From an uncultured Chloroflexia bacterium (GTDB taxonomy: Bacteria; Chloroflexota; Limnocylindria; Limnocylindrales; CSP1-4): 64,000 nt of DNA. Below the pieces are notes generated by a model. That model worked only from the letters and a program-made list of their open reading frames with translations, ran no database searches and was not told where the DNA came from. The position numbers were made by a program, and so were the translations under genes. Numbering within the stretch: position 1 is the first letter of the stretch; each line of letters begins with the position of its first letter. The stretch covers positions 288,001 to 352,000 of the forward strand of contig CAVVNQ010000015.1 of the NCBI GenBank assembly GCA_963749705.1, read 5' to 3'. Shown here piece by piece: positions 1-12,424 of the stretch.

Positions 1-30
1 CGCGTGGCTCGAGCTGGAGGAGCAGGCGCC

Positions 31-648
31 GTGACCGGCTCGCGGACCGTGCGGATCGGGATCACCGGACCGATCGGATGTGGCAAGTCGCAGATCGCGC
101 AGTGGCTGGCCGAGCTCGGCGTCCATGTCGTCGATGCCGACGACATCGCGAGATCGGTGACGGCGCCGGGGAACCCCGCCCACGACCTCGTGCTGCGGCG
201 GTTCGGGCCGGCCGTCACCGCGCCCGACGGGACCCTCGACCGGGCGGCGCTGGGCCGGATCGTGTTCTCGGATCCCGCGGCCCTGCGCGACCTGGAACAC
301 ATCGTCCACCCGGCGACGCGGCCGCGCATCCTCGCGGCGATCGAGGCCGCGGAACGCGCCGGCGCACCGGCCGTCGCGGTCGAGGCGATCAAGCTGGTCG
401 AAGGCGGGCTCGCGGCGATGTGCGACGAGGTCTGGCTGGTGGTGTGCAGCCCCGAGGCCCAGGCTGCCCGGCTCCTGTCGAGGGGGACGCCTCCGGCCGA
501 TGCGGAGCAGCGAGCGGCCGCACAGGCCGGGCTGGCCGAGCGCCTCCGCCCTGCGGCCACATGGGTCCTCGATACGTCCGTGTCACGCGAGGCGACGCGC
601 GCGCTCGTGGTGGCGGCCCTGGGCGAGGCGATCGCCGCCGTCCGGTAG
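31..648 (+). CDS. coaE: Dephospho-CoA kinase
   Basis: Walker A GITGPIGCGKS, VDADDIAR, LDRAALGRIVF and IVHP motifs; GTG at 31 follows GGAGG at 16-20. Confidence 0.95.
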   Translation: MTGSRTVRIGITGPIGCGKSQIAQWLAELGVHVVDADDIARSVTAPGNPAHDLVLRRFGPAVTAPDGTLDRAALGRIVFSDPAALRDLEHIVHPATRPRILAAIEAAERAGAPAVAVEAIKLVEGGLAAMCDEVWLVVCSPEAQAARLLSRGTPPADAEQRAAAQAGLAERLRPAATWVLDTSVSREATRALVVAALGEAIAAVR

Positions 649-670
649 CTGCCCCGGGCCCCGGAACGGG

Positions 671-704
671 CATCGCCCGGCCGGGCGAGCCCGGCCGGGC
701 GATG
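671..704. terminator. Perfect 15-bp hairpin between convergent coaE and cpaB
   Basis: CATCGCCCGGCCGGG-CGAG-CCCGGCCGGGCGATG; no U-tract. Confidence 0.55.
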
Positions 705-822
705 GGGAGGCGCGTCGGGTCAGCGACGCGCGATGGAGAATCGGCGCCGACCCTTCGCGCGGCGGGCAGGGAGGCGACCTGCCGGGCGGCGGGAACGGTC
801 CACGATGCGTGCCGCCGCCGCG

Positions 823-1716
823 CTACGGGCCGGTGCTCGCTCCGGGCGAGCTCGACGGTGACGGCGAGGGCGGCGGCGTGATCGAGGGCAGCGGCAGCGG
901 CGTCGGGAGCGGACCGCCACCGGCCGGATAGGTCTCCGGGATCGGCAGGCCGTACTTCTGGATGATCCGGTTGGTCGTGGCGCCGAGCGACGACACGTCG
1001 AGCGTCCGGGTGTCCCGGTCGGGTCGCAGGGCGAAGCTGAACAGGACGTTGCCGGAGGCAACGAGGTGGCCGATCTCCTCGGCCACCGGCAGCGTGGCCT
1101 TGACGATGTAGGTCGTGCCCTGGCGGGCCAGGATGATCATGTCCTGGTAGGTGATCTTGGTCGACTGGTCCGTGTAGTAGACGCCCTTGTCGAGGACGTT
1201 CTGCGGCACGAGGACGCTTGCGGTGAGGAACACGTCCACCGTCATGTTGGGACCCAGCATGCCGCCGACCGCGCGGTCGTCGGGCACGGTCAGCGAGATC
1301 GCGCGCCAGGCCTCGGAGTCCGGTGCCACCGTCTCATCCGGTCCCAGGATCGAGAACTGTCCCCCCGCGGTCGTCGACGCGAGCAGGTTCGTGGTCACCA
1401 GCTGGCCGGGCTTGACGTCGACCGCAAGGATCCTGCCGACAAGCTGTCCCGGGTCCGTGACCACGCCCTCGGCGTTGGTGTCGTCCAGCGGCACGTCTTC
1501 GCGCAGCAGGAGGTCGTCGCTCTCGATCGGCTTGCGGGCCGGGATCGCCCGCGCCGCAACGACGGCCGGGGTGGTCTTGAGGCCCGACTGTCCCGCCTGC
1601 TGCTGGGCGTTGTTGATCAGGAAGAACGCAGCCCCGCCTGCGGCCACCGCCAGGACCACGCCGAGCAGGACGATCCATCGCCCTCGCTTGGACGGGTCCT
1701 TGTATTCCATCTCCAT
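823..1716 (-). CDS. cpaB: Flp/Tad pilus assembly protein CpaB (SAF + RcpC domains)
   Basis: N-terminal TM helix, VVAARAIPA SAF-like segment, RAISLTVPDDRAVGGML and VDVFLT RcpC-like motifs; Pro/Ser tail; downstream of tadE/tadG. Confidence 0.88.
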   Translation of the reverse strand: MEMEYKDPSKRGRWIVLLGVVLAVAAGGAAFFLINNAQQQAGQSGLKTTPAVVAARAIPARKPIESDDLLLREDVPLDDTNAEGVVTDPGQLVGRILAVDVKPGQLVTTNLLASTTAGGQFSILGPDETVAPDSEAWRAISLTVPDDRAVGGMLGPNMTVDVFLTASVLVPQNVLDKGVYYTDQSTKITYQDMIILARQGTTYIVKATLPVAEEIGHLVASGNVLFSFALRPDRDTRTLDVSSLGATTNRIIQKYGLPIPETYPAGGGPLPTPLPLPSITPPPSPSPSSSPGASTGP

Positions 1717-1786
1717 CGCGTTGCCTCCCGGGAGGTCGGGGTCGGCGGATTGCCGCCCCGGAAAGGATGTGCCGCGCCCGCTCCGG

Positions 1787-3734
1787 CTAGTTCCAGGGCG
1801 CCAGCCGTGCCACCTGACCGCGGCGCAGCCGGGAGTCCTCGAGGTCCGTGATCACCGGGGTGATCGCGTACGCCGAGACGCTGTTGGAATCCACCGAGAC
1901 GACGCGCATGACCGCGAAGCCCACGATGTCGACGTAGTCCTGGTTGTTGCCCGCTGAGGCCGTCGCGACCTCGAGGGTGATCGTGCTGAGGTGCGTGACG
2001 GGCTGGCCCGAGCCGTTGGTGCCCGACGCCCGAAGGGCGAACTGGTAGATGCCGGGCGTCATGGTGTCGGTGTCGATCGTCAGGGTGGAGCTGGTGCCCT
2101 TCTTGCTGGGCGACACCACGGGCGCGGAGAAGGCGATCGTGCCGATCCCCGCCGGCCACGCGTCGCCCGGAAGCGGCTCGAGCGACAGGCTCACGGTCGA
2201 GGTCGAGCCGAAGGCCGTCGAACCGTCCTTGACCGACAGGTCGAAGGTGGCGGTGTCGCCGACCGCCGGCACCGAGACCGTGCTCGACGTCAGGTTGACC
2301 GCGAAGTTCTTGGCCACGTTGCCCACCTCGAACTCGAACGGGGTGTACTTCGTCGTCAGGTACGGGCTGCCGGCCTGGCCCTTGAGCCAGACGCCATAGA
2401 TGCCGTCTGCGACCCCCGTCGTCTGGGCGTTCGTGATCGAGACGGCGGTCCCGCTGCCGAGCGACGGTGTCACCGGGTTGGGGGTGAAGGTGAGCGGGGT
2501 GGGCGCGTTGAGCATGGTGCCCAGCACGAGCGGATTGTTGGGATCGCCGGCATCGGTGACGGTCGACAGGCTGACCTGGCCGCTGAATGCCTTGTTGCGA
2601 TACGCCTTGAACGACCCGACGTTGGCCGTCGTGCCGCTGCTGGCGATGGGGACGCTTCCCGGACTGGACAGCGAGAAGTCCGGGATCTGCATCGTGATTC
2701 CCGGGTACACCGCGACCAGGATCTCGTCACCCGGCGCAAACCGATTGGCGAACGCGCTCACCGCGAGCCCGGCGGAGTTCCCGCTCATGATCGCGACCTG
2801 GTCGTTGGGATCCGGCGGGCTGATGATGGACGGGAACATCGGGCCCGGGTAGCCGCCGGCGAGGATCCACGCCGACTGCATGTCCTTGAGCGTCTGCGCG
2901 TTGGTGGACGTGTCCACGCCGTTGTAGTAGAGCTGCGACGACGAGGACTCGAAGTTGCGGATGTCGAGGGCCACGAACCCGCGGAAGTCAGACCCGTTGT
3001 CGGGGTCGGCGCCCTGGCCGAGGATCTCCAGGATCGGGCCGTGGTTGGTCCGGTCCCCGTCCGGGGTCGAGGCACTGAACGCAGAGCCCGGGCCGGGGTC
3101 CAGACGACCCGCGCGGTTCGTGTCCGTGCCCAGGCAGGACGTGTTTGCGGTCGCGAAGTAGTCCGTGAACGCGTTTGCGTTGTCGCTGCACGGGGCGACG
3201 CCGGTCGAGTCGCCGGGCGCCTTGACGAACTCGCGGACCGCGATCGGTAGCAGGTCGCCGTAGAACTTCACCCTCGCCTGCGCAACGATCATGTTGGAGT
3301 CGAGCCCGACCGCCCGGCCGAAGGTGTACGGGATGGTGTTGCGGATGCCGACCCGCACGGAGCCGCCCGAGAACAGGATCCCGGAGATCAGGTGGGTCGG
3401 GATCGCCCGCATGGCCGCTGTCGTACACCTCGTTGCCGTCGCCCGGTGGGAGCGGAGGCACGATCCCGTTGGGTGGGATGCTGAAGTTGTTGCTCAGCAC
3501 CGCCATCGCCTCGGCGCGCGCCTCGGCCTCCGTCCCGCCCCGGACGAGCACGCTGCCCGCGGCGAGCGCCGCCGCGTCGGCCCCGTTCTGCAGGAACCGC
3601 CGCTCCGAATAGAAGCGGCCGATGTCGATCGCGAGCCCGGCCGCCGCCAGCAGGGCGACCACCGCGAGGATGAAGATGACCAGGACCTGGCCGCGCTCGC
3701 GTGCGGTCCGAGGCGCCTGCACCGTGGCGCGCAT
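1787..3734 (-). CDS. tadG: TadG-like pilus assembly protein/tip adhesin, split by one +1 frameshift near 3400
   Basis: N-terminus RERGQVLVIFILAVVALLAAAGLAIDIG...LQNGADAAALAA (Tad motif) in ORF 2988-3968; removing one base of GGG at 3399-3401 fuses it to the beta-rich ORF 1787-3412. Confidence 0.82.
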
Positions 3735-3736
3735 CG

Positions 3737-4327
3737 CTAGTTGACGACCATCGTGACTTCGCCCGCCAGCGACAGGCGCCCGCCCGAATCCTTGGGAAGC
3801 AGGTTGCTCACGAGCGGGATCACGAGGTCCTGGTGGTAGGTCGCCTTGACCGTGACGCGGTACCCGACCCGCGGGTCGTTGGCGGTAACGCCGCTCGGCA
3901 GGGAATAGGTGATCGTGATGTCGCCGTTGGTGTAGGTCGTCGTGGTCCCACTCGTCGCGGACGTCCACGACGCCCCGTTCGCGAAGTTGGGCGCGGTCTT
4001 GGTCAGGCCGTTGAGCGAGCTGAGGAGCGCGTCCTGGATCTCGTCGTTGCGGGCGGCGTCGTTGGTGACCTTGTCCCCGCTGCGGTCATAGACGTAGATC
4101 GTCCCGATCCGCGCAGCCTCGCGGGCGGCGTTGGTGACGGTCACGTACGTGTTGAAGATGAACCCGAACTGGATGATGCCCAGCAGCAACAGGAACAGGG
4201 GGGTCAGCACCAGCGAGAACTCGACCAGGCTCTGGCCGTCCGCGCGGCCACACCGGACGAGCCGCCGGCCGCGGCGGGCGGCGCAAGGTCCGGAACGGAT
4301 CGTTGAGCGGCGCGGCGTGAGCGTCAT
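3737..4327 (-). CDS. tadE: TadE-family pseudopilin
   Basis: DGQSLVEFSLVLTPLFLLLLGIIQFG and NAAREAAR prepilin motifs. Confidence 0.92.
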   Translation of the reverse strand: MTLTPRRSTIRSGPCAARRGRRLVRCGRADGQSLVEFSLVLTPLFLLLLGIIQFGFIFNTYVTVTNAAREAARIGTIYVYDRSGDKVTNDAARNDEIQDALLSSLNGLTKTAPNFANGASWTSATSGTTTTYTNGDITITYSLPSGVTANDPRVGYRVTVKATYHQDLVIPLVSNLLPKDSGGRLSLAGEVTMVVN

Positions 4328-4445
4328 CGAGGGCGTGTCTGTCTCCGGAGATGGCTGTCTGACCCAGTGTTCGCGTGCGGGTCCGGGGCAGCCATGGGTC
4401 GTTGGTCAGGGGCGTCCCATCCCTTCAGTTCGACCCGAAATCGTC

Positions 4446-4457
4446 GAACAGGCGTTC
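4446..4457. promoter_or_regulatory. LexA SOS box (GAAC-N4-GTTC) between divergent tadE and uvrB
   Basis: GAACaggcGTTC, 23 nt upstream of the TAGGAT -10 element (4481-4486) of uvrB. Confidence 0.85.
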
Positions 4458-4492
4458 TGTATCGAACCGGGCGGTCGTGGTAGGATCCGGCC

Positions 4493-6856
4493 GTGCCCGA
4501 CTTCCGTCTCGTTGCCCCGTTCGAGCCGACCGGCGACCAGCCCGTCGCCATCGAGCGTCTCTCGGATGGCCTGTCCCGCGGCCTTCGTCACCAGACGTTG
4601 CTGGGCGTCACCGGGTCGGGCAAGACGTACACGATGGCCCAGACCATCGCCCGGCACCGGAAGCCGACCCTGGTGCTCGCCCACAACAAGACGCTCGCGG
4701 CCCAGCTGTACTCGGAGTTCCGCGAGTTCTTCCCGGACAACGCGGTCGAGTACTTCGTCAGCTACTTCGACTACTACCAGCCGGAGGCCTACCTGCCGCG
4801 CTCGGACACGTACATCGAGAAGGACAGCTCGCGCAACGAGGAGATCGACCGACTGCGGCACGCGGCCACGCATGCGCTGTTCGAGCGGCGGGACGTGATC
4901 ATCGTCGCCAGCGTGTCGTGCATCTACGGCCTCGGCGCGCCCGTCGACTACGGCGCCACGGTCCTGCGGCTCAAGACCGGCGGCCAGTACCGGCGGGATG
5001 CCGTGCTCCGCCACCTCGTCGACCTCCAGTACCAGCGCAACGACACCGCCCTCACCCGGGCCCGCTTCCGCGTGCGCGGGGACACTCTGGAGATCGGGCC
5101 GGCGTCGGCCGAGATCGTGGTCCGGGTCGAGTTCTTCGGCGACGAGGTCGAGCGGATCACGGAGATCGACCCGCTGACCGGCGAGCTGCTCGCGGAGCGC
5201 AGGGAGCTCAACGTCTACCCGGCCACGCACTTCGTCACGCCCCGCGACAAGCTCGCCGCGGCGATCGCCGGGATCGAGGCCGAGATGGAGGAGCGGGTCG
5301 GCCAGATGGAGGCCGAGGGCCGGGCGCTCGAGGCGGCGCGCCTGCGCCAGCGCACGACCTTCGACATGGAGATGCTGCGCGAGCTGGGCTACTGCAGCGG
5401 CGTCGAGAACTACTCGCGGCACCTGTCGCAGCGCGAGCCCGGGTCGCGGCCGTGGACGCTGCTGGACTACTTCCCGCCGGACTGGCTGCTGATCGTGGAC
5501 GAGTCGCACATGACCATCCCCCAGGTCGTGGGCATGTACAAGAACGACCGGACGCGCAAGGAGATCCTGGTCGACTTCGGCTTCCGCCTGCCGTCGGCGC
5601 TCGACAACCGGCCACTGACGTTCGAGGAGTTCGAGGCGCACCTCAACCAGTCGGTGTTCGTGTCGGCGACGCCCGGCCCGTACGAGCTGGAGCGCAGCGA
5701 GCGCGTCGTGGAGCAGCTCATCCGGCCCACCGGCGTGGTGGACCCGGTGATCAGCGTGCGCCCCACGGATGGCCAGATCGACGACCTGCTGGAGGAGATC
5801 CGGGGACGGGTCGAGCGCGGCGAGCGGGCGCTGGTGACGACGCTCACCAAGAAGATGTCCGAAGACCTGGCCGACTACCTCAAGGAGCTGGGCGTCAAGG
5901 TCCAGTACCTCCACAGCGAGGTCGACACCCTGGAGCGGATCGCGATCCTGCGCGACCTGCGGCTCGGCGTGTACGACGTGCTGGTCGGGATCAACCTCCT
6001 GCGCGAGGGCCTGGACCTGCCCGAGGTCACCCTGGTCGCGATCCTGGACGCCGACAAGGAGGGCTTCCTGCGCAGCGCCTGGTCGCTGATCCAGATGATC
6101 GGGCGGGCCGCGCGGAACACGCAGGGCGAGGTCGTGATGTACGCGGACCGCGTGACCGAGTCGATGAAGGTCGCCATCGACGAGACCAACCGGCGGCGGA
6201 CGGTCCAGGAGCGGTACAACACGGAGCACGGGATCGAGCCCACCACGATCATCAAGGGCATCCACGACCTCAATGACCGGCTGCGGTCGGTCGCCGAGCG
6301 GACCACGGTGTACAGCTCCGAGCGGCGCGACCGCGAGCTCGAGGCCGCGGACAAGGCCGAGGTGGAGCGGCTGGTGGCGAAGATGGAGGCCGAGATGAAG
6401 GAGGCCGCCAGGCAGCTCGAGTTCGAGCGGGCGGCGGCGCTGCGCGACGAGATCCAGCAGATCCGGCTTCGCGTCCTCGACCAGGACCAGTCGGTGATCG
6501 TGGCCCGTGCCGCGGAGCGCGCCGCGAAGGACGCCCTGCTGCCGGCCAGGGATCGGGGCGCCGCGCATCGCGCGGAGCGCGAGCGTGGCGTGGCCTCGTT
6601 CGAGGTGACCGAGGTGCGCGTGCTCGGCGCGGACGAGGAGCCCGGCGGGGATGGCGAAGCGCCGGGCGGCGACGGCGAGGAGCCGTCCGGGGTGGCCACG
6701 GACCTGTTCCCCGGCATCCGCGACGAGCACGACGACGAGGACGCCGCCGGTTGGCAGGCGCGCTGGCTGGAGCGGCCGACCTGGGACCGGACGGTCACCC
6801 CCAACATCCGGCGCCGCACCGGGCAGCGCCCGAACCGGCGCGCCCGCGGCTACTGA
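4493..6856 (+). CDS. uvrB: Excinuclease ABC subunit B with long C-terminal extension
   Basis: [36 protein letters not shown] motifs and C-terminal UVR domain. Confidence 0.98.
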   Translation: MPDFRLVAPFEPTGDQPVAIERLSDGLSRGLRHQTLLGVTGSGKTYTMAQTIARHRKPTLVLAHNKTLAAQLYSEFREFFPDNAVEYFVSYFDYYQPEAYLPRSDTYIEKDSSRNEEIDRLRHAATHALFERRDVIIVASVSCIYGLGAPVDYGATVLRLKTGGQYRRDAVLRHLVDLQYQRNDTALTRARFRVRGDTLEIGPASAEIVVRVEFFGDEVERITEIDPLTGELLAERRELNVYPATHFVTPRDKLAAAIAGIEAEMEERVGQMEAEGRALEAARLRQRTTFDMEMLRELGYCSGVENYSRHLSQREPGSRPWTLLDYFPPDWLLIVDESHMTIPQVVGMYKNDRTRKEILVDFGFRLPSALDNRPLTFEEFEAHLNQSVFVSATPGPYELERSERVVEQLIRPTGVVDPVISVRPTDGQIDDLLEEIRGRVERGERALVTTLTKKMSEDLADYLKELGVKVQYLHSEVDTLERIAILRDLRLGVYDVLVGINLLREGLDLPEVTLVAILDADKEGFLRSAWSLIQMIGRAARNTQGEVVMYADRVTESMKVAIDETNRRRTVQERYNTEHGIEPTTIIKGIHDLNDRLRSVAERTTVYSSERRDRELEAADKAEVERLVAKMEAEMKEAARQLEFERAAALRDEIQQIRLRVLDQDQSVIVARAAERAAKDALLPARDRGAAHRAERERGVASFEVTEVRVLGADEEPGGDGEAPGGDGEEPSGVATDLFPGIRDEHDDEDAAGWQARWLERPTWDRTVTPNIRRRTGQRPNRRARGY

Positions 6857-6885
6857 TCGAGCACGCCGCGCGGTACCCTCTGGCC

Positions 6886-7494
6886 ATGACGTCGATCGTT
6901 GCCGCAAACACCCGCACCCGCGCTCGCCGCGGTCCGTGGCGCCGGCGCCTCGCATGGCCGGTGCTGATGGTGGTCGCGGTCATCGTTGCCGCCGGCTGTG
7001 GCGCCGCCGCGCCGGCGACCGGACCCGCCGCAGTCGTCTCGACCGCCCTGGACAAGGTCGCGGCGAAGGACGTGGCCGGACTGCAGGCGCTCGCGTGCGC
7101 GGGCCAGGAGGACCTGATCCGGCAGCAGCTCGGCGTGCCGGGCGGGCTCGGCGCCGATCTGCTCCCCGGCCTGGATACGCAGGCCCTGGTCGATGCCGTC
7201 CAGTTCGACGTCTCGAAGGTCAAGATCGGCGATGCGGTCGTGGACGGGGATGTCGCGACGGTGCCGGTCAGCGGCGATATCGGCGTCACCTTCGACGCGG
7301 ACGCGATGCGCCCGATCCTCAAGCAGGTGCTCGCGGCGCAGGGCACGACGATGACCGACGCCCAGATCGACGCGCTGCTGTCGGGGCTCGCGGCCTACGG
7401 CCAGGACGTGCCGCTCGACCAGTCGGTGCGCCTCGTCCGCGAGGACGGCTCCTGGAAGATCTGCCAGCAGTCGGTGACGCCGCCGGCGTCCTGA
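6886..7494 (+). CDS. Hypothetical lipoprotein
   Basis: Basic N-terminus, hydrophobic stretch, lipobox-like VAAGC; TACCCT 6 nt before ATG 6886. Confidence 0.72.
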   Translation: MTSIVAANTRTRARRGPWRRRLAWPVLMVVAVIVAAGCGAAAPATGPAAVVSTALDKVAAKDVAGLQALACAGQEDLIRQQLGVPGGLGADLLPGLDTQALVDAVQFDVSKVKIGDAVVDGDVATVPVSGDIGVTFDADAMRPILKQVLAAQGTTMTDAQIDALLSGLAAYGQDVPLDQSVRLVREDGSWKICQQSVTPPAS

Positions 7495-7573
7495 GCGCGG
7501 TCGATGCGCGCCGGCGCCGTCAGTAGCCGAAGCGCGTCGGGGTCGCCGCCGACCCGGCCACTTCCCACGCCGT

Positions 7574-7585
7574 GAACACCTGTTC
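7574..7585. promoter_or_regulatory. LexA SOS box upstream of uvrA
   Basis: GAACacctGTTC, 18 nt upstream of the TACACT -10 element (7604-7609). Confidence 0.88.
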
Positions 7586-7615
7586 TGTTTGGCCGGGTTC
7601 CGCTACACTTTGACC

Positions 7616-10699
<3,084 letters not shown>

Positions 10700-10755
10700 C
10701 AGATCGGGCGTCCGACCGGGTCGCGATCGCGGGCTGCCCGGTCTACGATGGCTGC

Positions 10756-11199
10756 ATGCCGGAGATCGACTTCGCCTTCCTGGCCGACGCGGCCGAAACC
10801 CAGCCGGGCCACAAGTTCCACGTGCTCGGCGGCGGGATCACGCGGATCGGCGGACGAACGTTCCCGCTGCGCCACCCGCACATCGCGCTGGTCGTCGGCC
10901 TGCTGGTGACCGCACCCGAGACCCACCGCGAGCACGACCTCCGGATCGTCCTGCTCGACCCCGACGGGCACGAGGTCACTGGGGCGAGCGGGAGCCTGGT
11001 GGCGCAGGGTCACCCGGACGGGCGCGATGCCATCCTCACGTTCAGCATCGACCTGTGGAACCTCACCTTTCCGTCGCCGGGTGACTATTCGTTCCGGATC
11101 CTGGTCAACGGCTCCGAGCGCAAGCGGCTGGGCCTCGTCCTCGTGCGCCCGAGCGAGGCCGGTGCCGGAGCCGCCTCGACCGCGCCTTCAGGCACGTGA
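10756..11199 (+). CDS. Conserved hypothetical beta-sandwich protein (DUF6941-like)
   Basis: FAFLADAA...KFHVLGGG...FPSPGDYSFRILVNG pattern; TACGAT 6 nt before ATG. Confidence 0.72.
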   Translation: MPEIDFAFLADAAETQPGHKFHVLGGGITRIGGRTFPLRHPHIALVVGLLVTAPETHREHDLRIVLLDPDGHEVTGASGSLVAQGHPDGRDAILTFSIDLWNLTFPSPGDYSFRILVNGSERKRLGLVLVRPSEAGAGAASTAPSGT

Positions 11200-11543
11200 C
11201 GGGCGGCCGAGGAGCCCCGGCTCGAGCCCGGCGCGGCCCCGCGCGTCACGAGCGACCCGTGATCGACGAGGCGGCGCTCGTTGCCGCGCGTGCCGGGGAC
11301 CGCATGGTCGATGCCGCGCGCGCCCGCGGGTCCGATCGGTGGCTCGCGTACCTCGAGCCGCTGCCGGACCGGCTGCGCGACGAGGAGCTGGCTGATCTTC
11401 GCCGCACCGCCCTCCGCGCCCGCGCCGCCTACGGGCCCAAGGACTCGATCCGCGACGCGCTCCCGGCGGATGTCACCGAGCCGTTCCTCGAGGCGATCGA
11501 CCGGCTGCTCAAGGAGATCGCCCGGCGCGACATGGCCGAGTAG
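11196..11543 (+). CDS. Hypothetical helical protein
   Basis: GTGA overlap with the previous gene, high-GC3 codon pattern. Confidence 0.65.
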   Translation: MTGGRGAPARARRGPARHERPVIDEAALVAARAGDRMVDAARARGSDRWLAYLEPLPDRLRDEELADLRRTALRARAAYGPKDSIRDALPADVTEPFLEAIDRLLKEIARRDMAE

Positions 11544-11564
11544 GGCGCGGGCCCGCCCCGCCGG

Positions 11565-11647
11565 CCGCGACCCCGATCCCGATCCCGGCCCGACGAGCGC
11601 TGACTCGCCGACCGCGACCCCGATCCCGGCCCGACGAGCGCTGACTC
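11565..11647. repeat. Tandem direct repeat, two copies of about 36-42 bp
   Basis: CCGCGACCCCGATCCCG(ATCCCG)GCCCGACGAGCGCTGACTC at 11565-11606 and 11612-11647. Confidence 0.85.
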
Positions 11648-11755
11648 AGTGGATGCGTCAATCGCGAAGCCAGGCTGCGGGGAATCCGCACCGAGGGCGG
11701 CCAGAAGTGCCGCACGCCGGGGTCGGCGTGTCGCATTGATGCGCCGGATGAGTCA
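11642..11755. repeat. Imperfect inverted-repeat element (MITE/REP-like)
   Basis: Left arm TGACTCAgtggatgcgTCAATcGCGA (11642-11667), right arm TCGCATTGAtgcgccggaTGAGTCA (11731-11755). Confidence 0.55.
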
Positions 11756-11824
11756 CGCGGAGCGGTGGGCAGGCTCAGCCTCGCCGCGCGTCATCCGGCT
11801 GATCGATGCCGCCACCGCCGTCGG

Positions 11825-12301
11825 TCAGTACACGAACGGCAGCATCCGACGCGTCCGGGCGGCGTACGCCGCGTACCCCGGGTAGCGATCCGCGAGCCAC
11901 GCCTCCTCCCGCGACGATTTGAGCCGGAAGAAGCCGAGCAGGACCACGGCACCGGCGACGGCGAGCGGCGAGGCCATCATGAGCCCGTAGCCGGCGGCGC
12001 CGATGACGATGCCGCCGTAGATCGGGTGCCGCACAAAGCGGTAGGCGCCGGACTCGACGAGCGTCGCCCCGTCTCGCGGGTGGGGGAGCGGCGTCAGCGC
12101 CGTCCCCAGGCCGACCAGCCCCAGGATCGCGAGCACGGCGCCGGAAGCCATCGCGACCAGGCCAACCGCGGTCGAGACCGACGCTGCGGCACCACCCCAC
12201 GCCGGACCGGCGAGCCCGGCAACCGCGACCAGCCCCAGGAGCACGAGCTGGATCGCGACCCAGCCTTCGCCCCGCGACCCGAGCGAGGGGAGACCGCTCA
12301 T
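11825..12301 (-). CDS. Isoprenylcysteine carboxylmethyltransferase/PEMT-family membrane methyltransferase
   Basis: LVESGAYRFVRHPIYGG and EEAWL...YPGYAAY motifs, several TM helices. Confidence 0.9.
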   Translation of the reverse strand: MSGLPSLGSRGEGWVAIQLVLLGLVAVAGLAGPAWGGAAASVSTAVGLVAMASGAVLAILGLVGLGTALTPLPHPRDGATLVESGAYRFVRHPIYGGIVIGAAGYGLMMASPLAVAGAVVLLGFFRLKSSREEAWLADRYPGYAAYAARTRRMLPFVY

Positions 12302-12424
12302 CGGGCGTCGGCGGGTCGTCGACCGGCGGTCCGGGGCCGGCGACCTCCCTGCGAGTTCAACACCTGCCGGTGATCACGACGAGCACCCATGTGAGACCTC
12401 GAGCGGTGGACATCCGGGACGAGT

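Noticed and set aside
11565-11647. Direct repeats as a possible CRISPR array (also 40648-40725 and 32967-33004)
   Set aside because: Only two copies each, no series of unique spacers, no cas genes in the window
12302-12413. Cys-TGA followed by a hairpin, resembling a selenocysteine codon with SECIS
   Set aside because: Read-through continues into the Arg/Gly-rich shadow frame of the methyltransferase gene; no selenoprotein-like sequence
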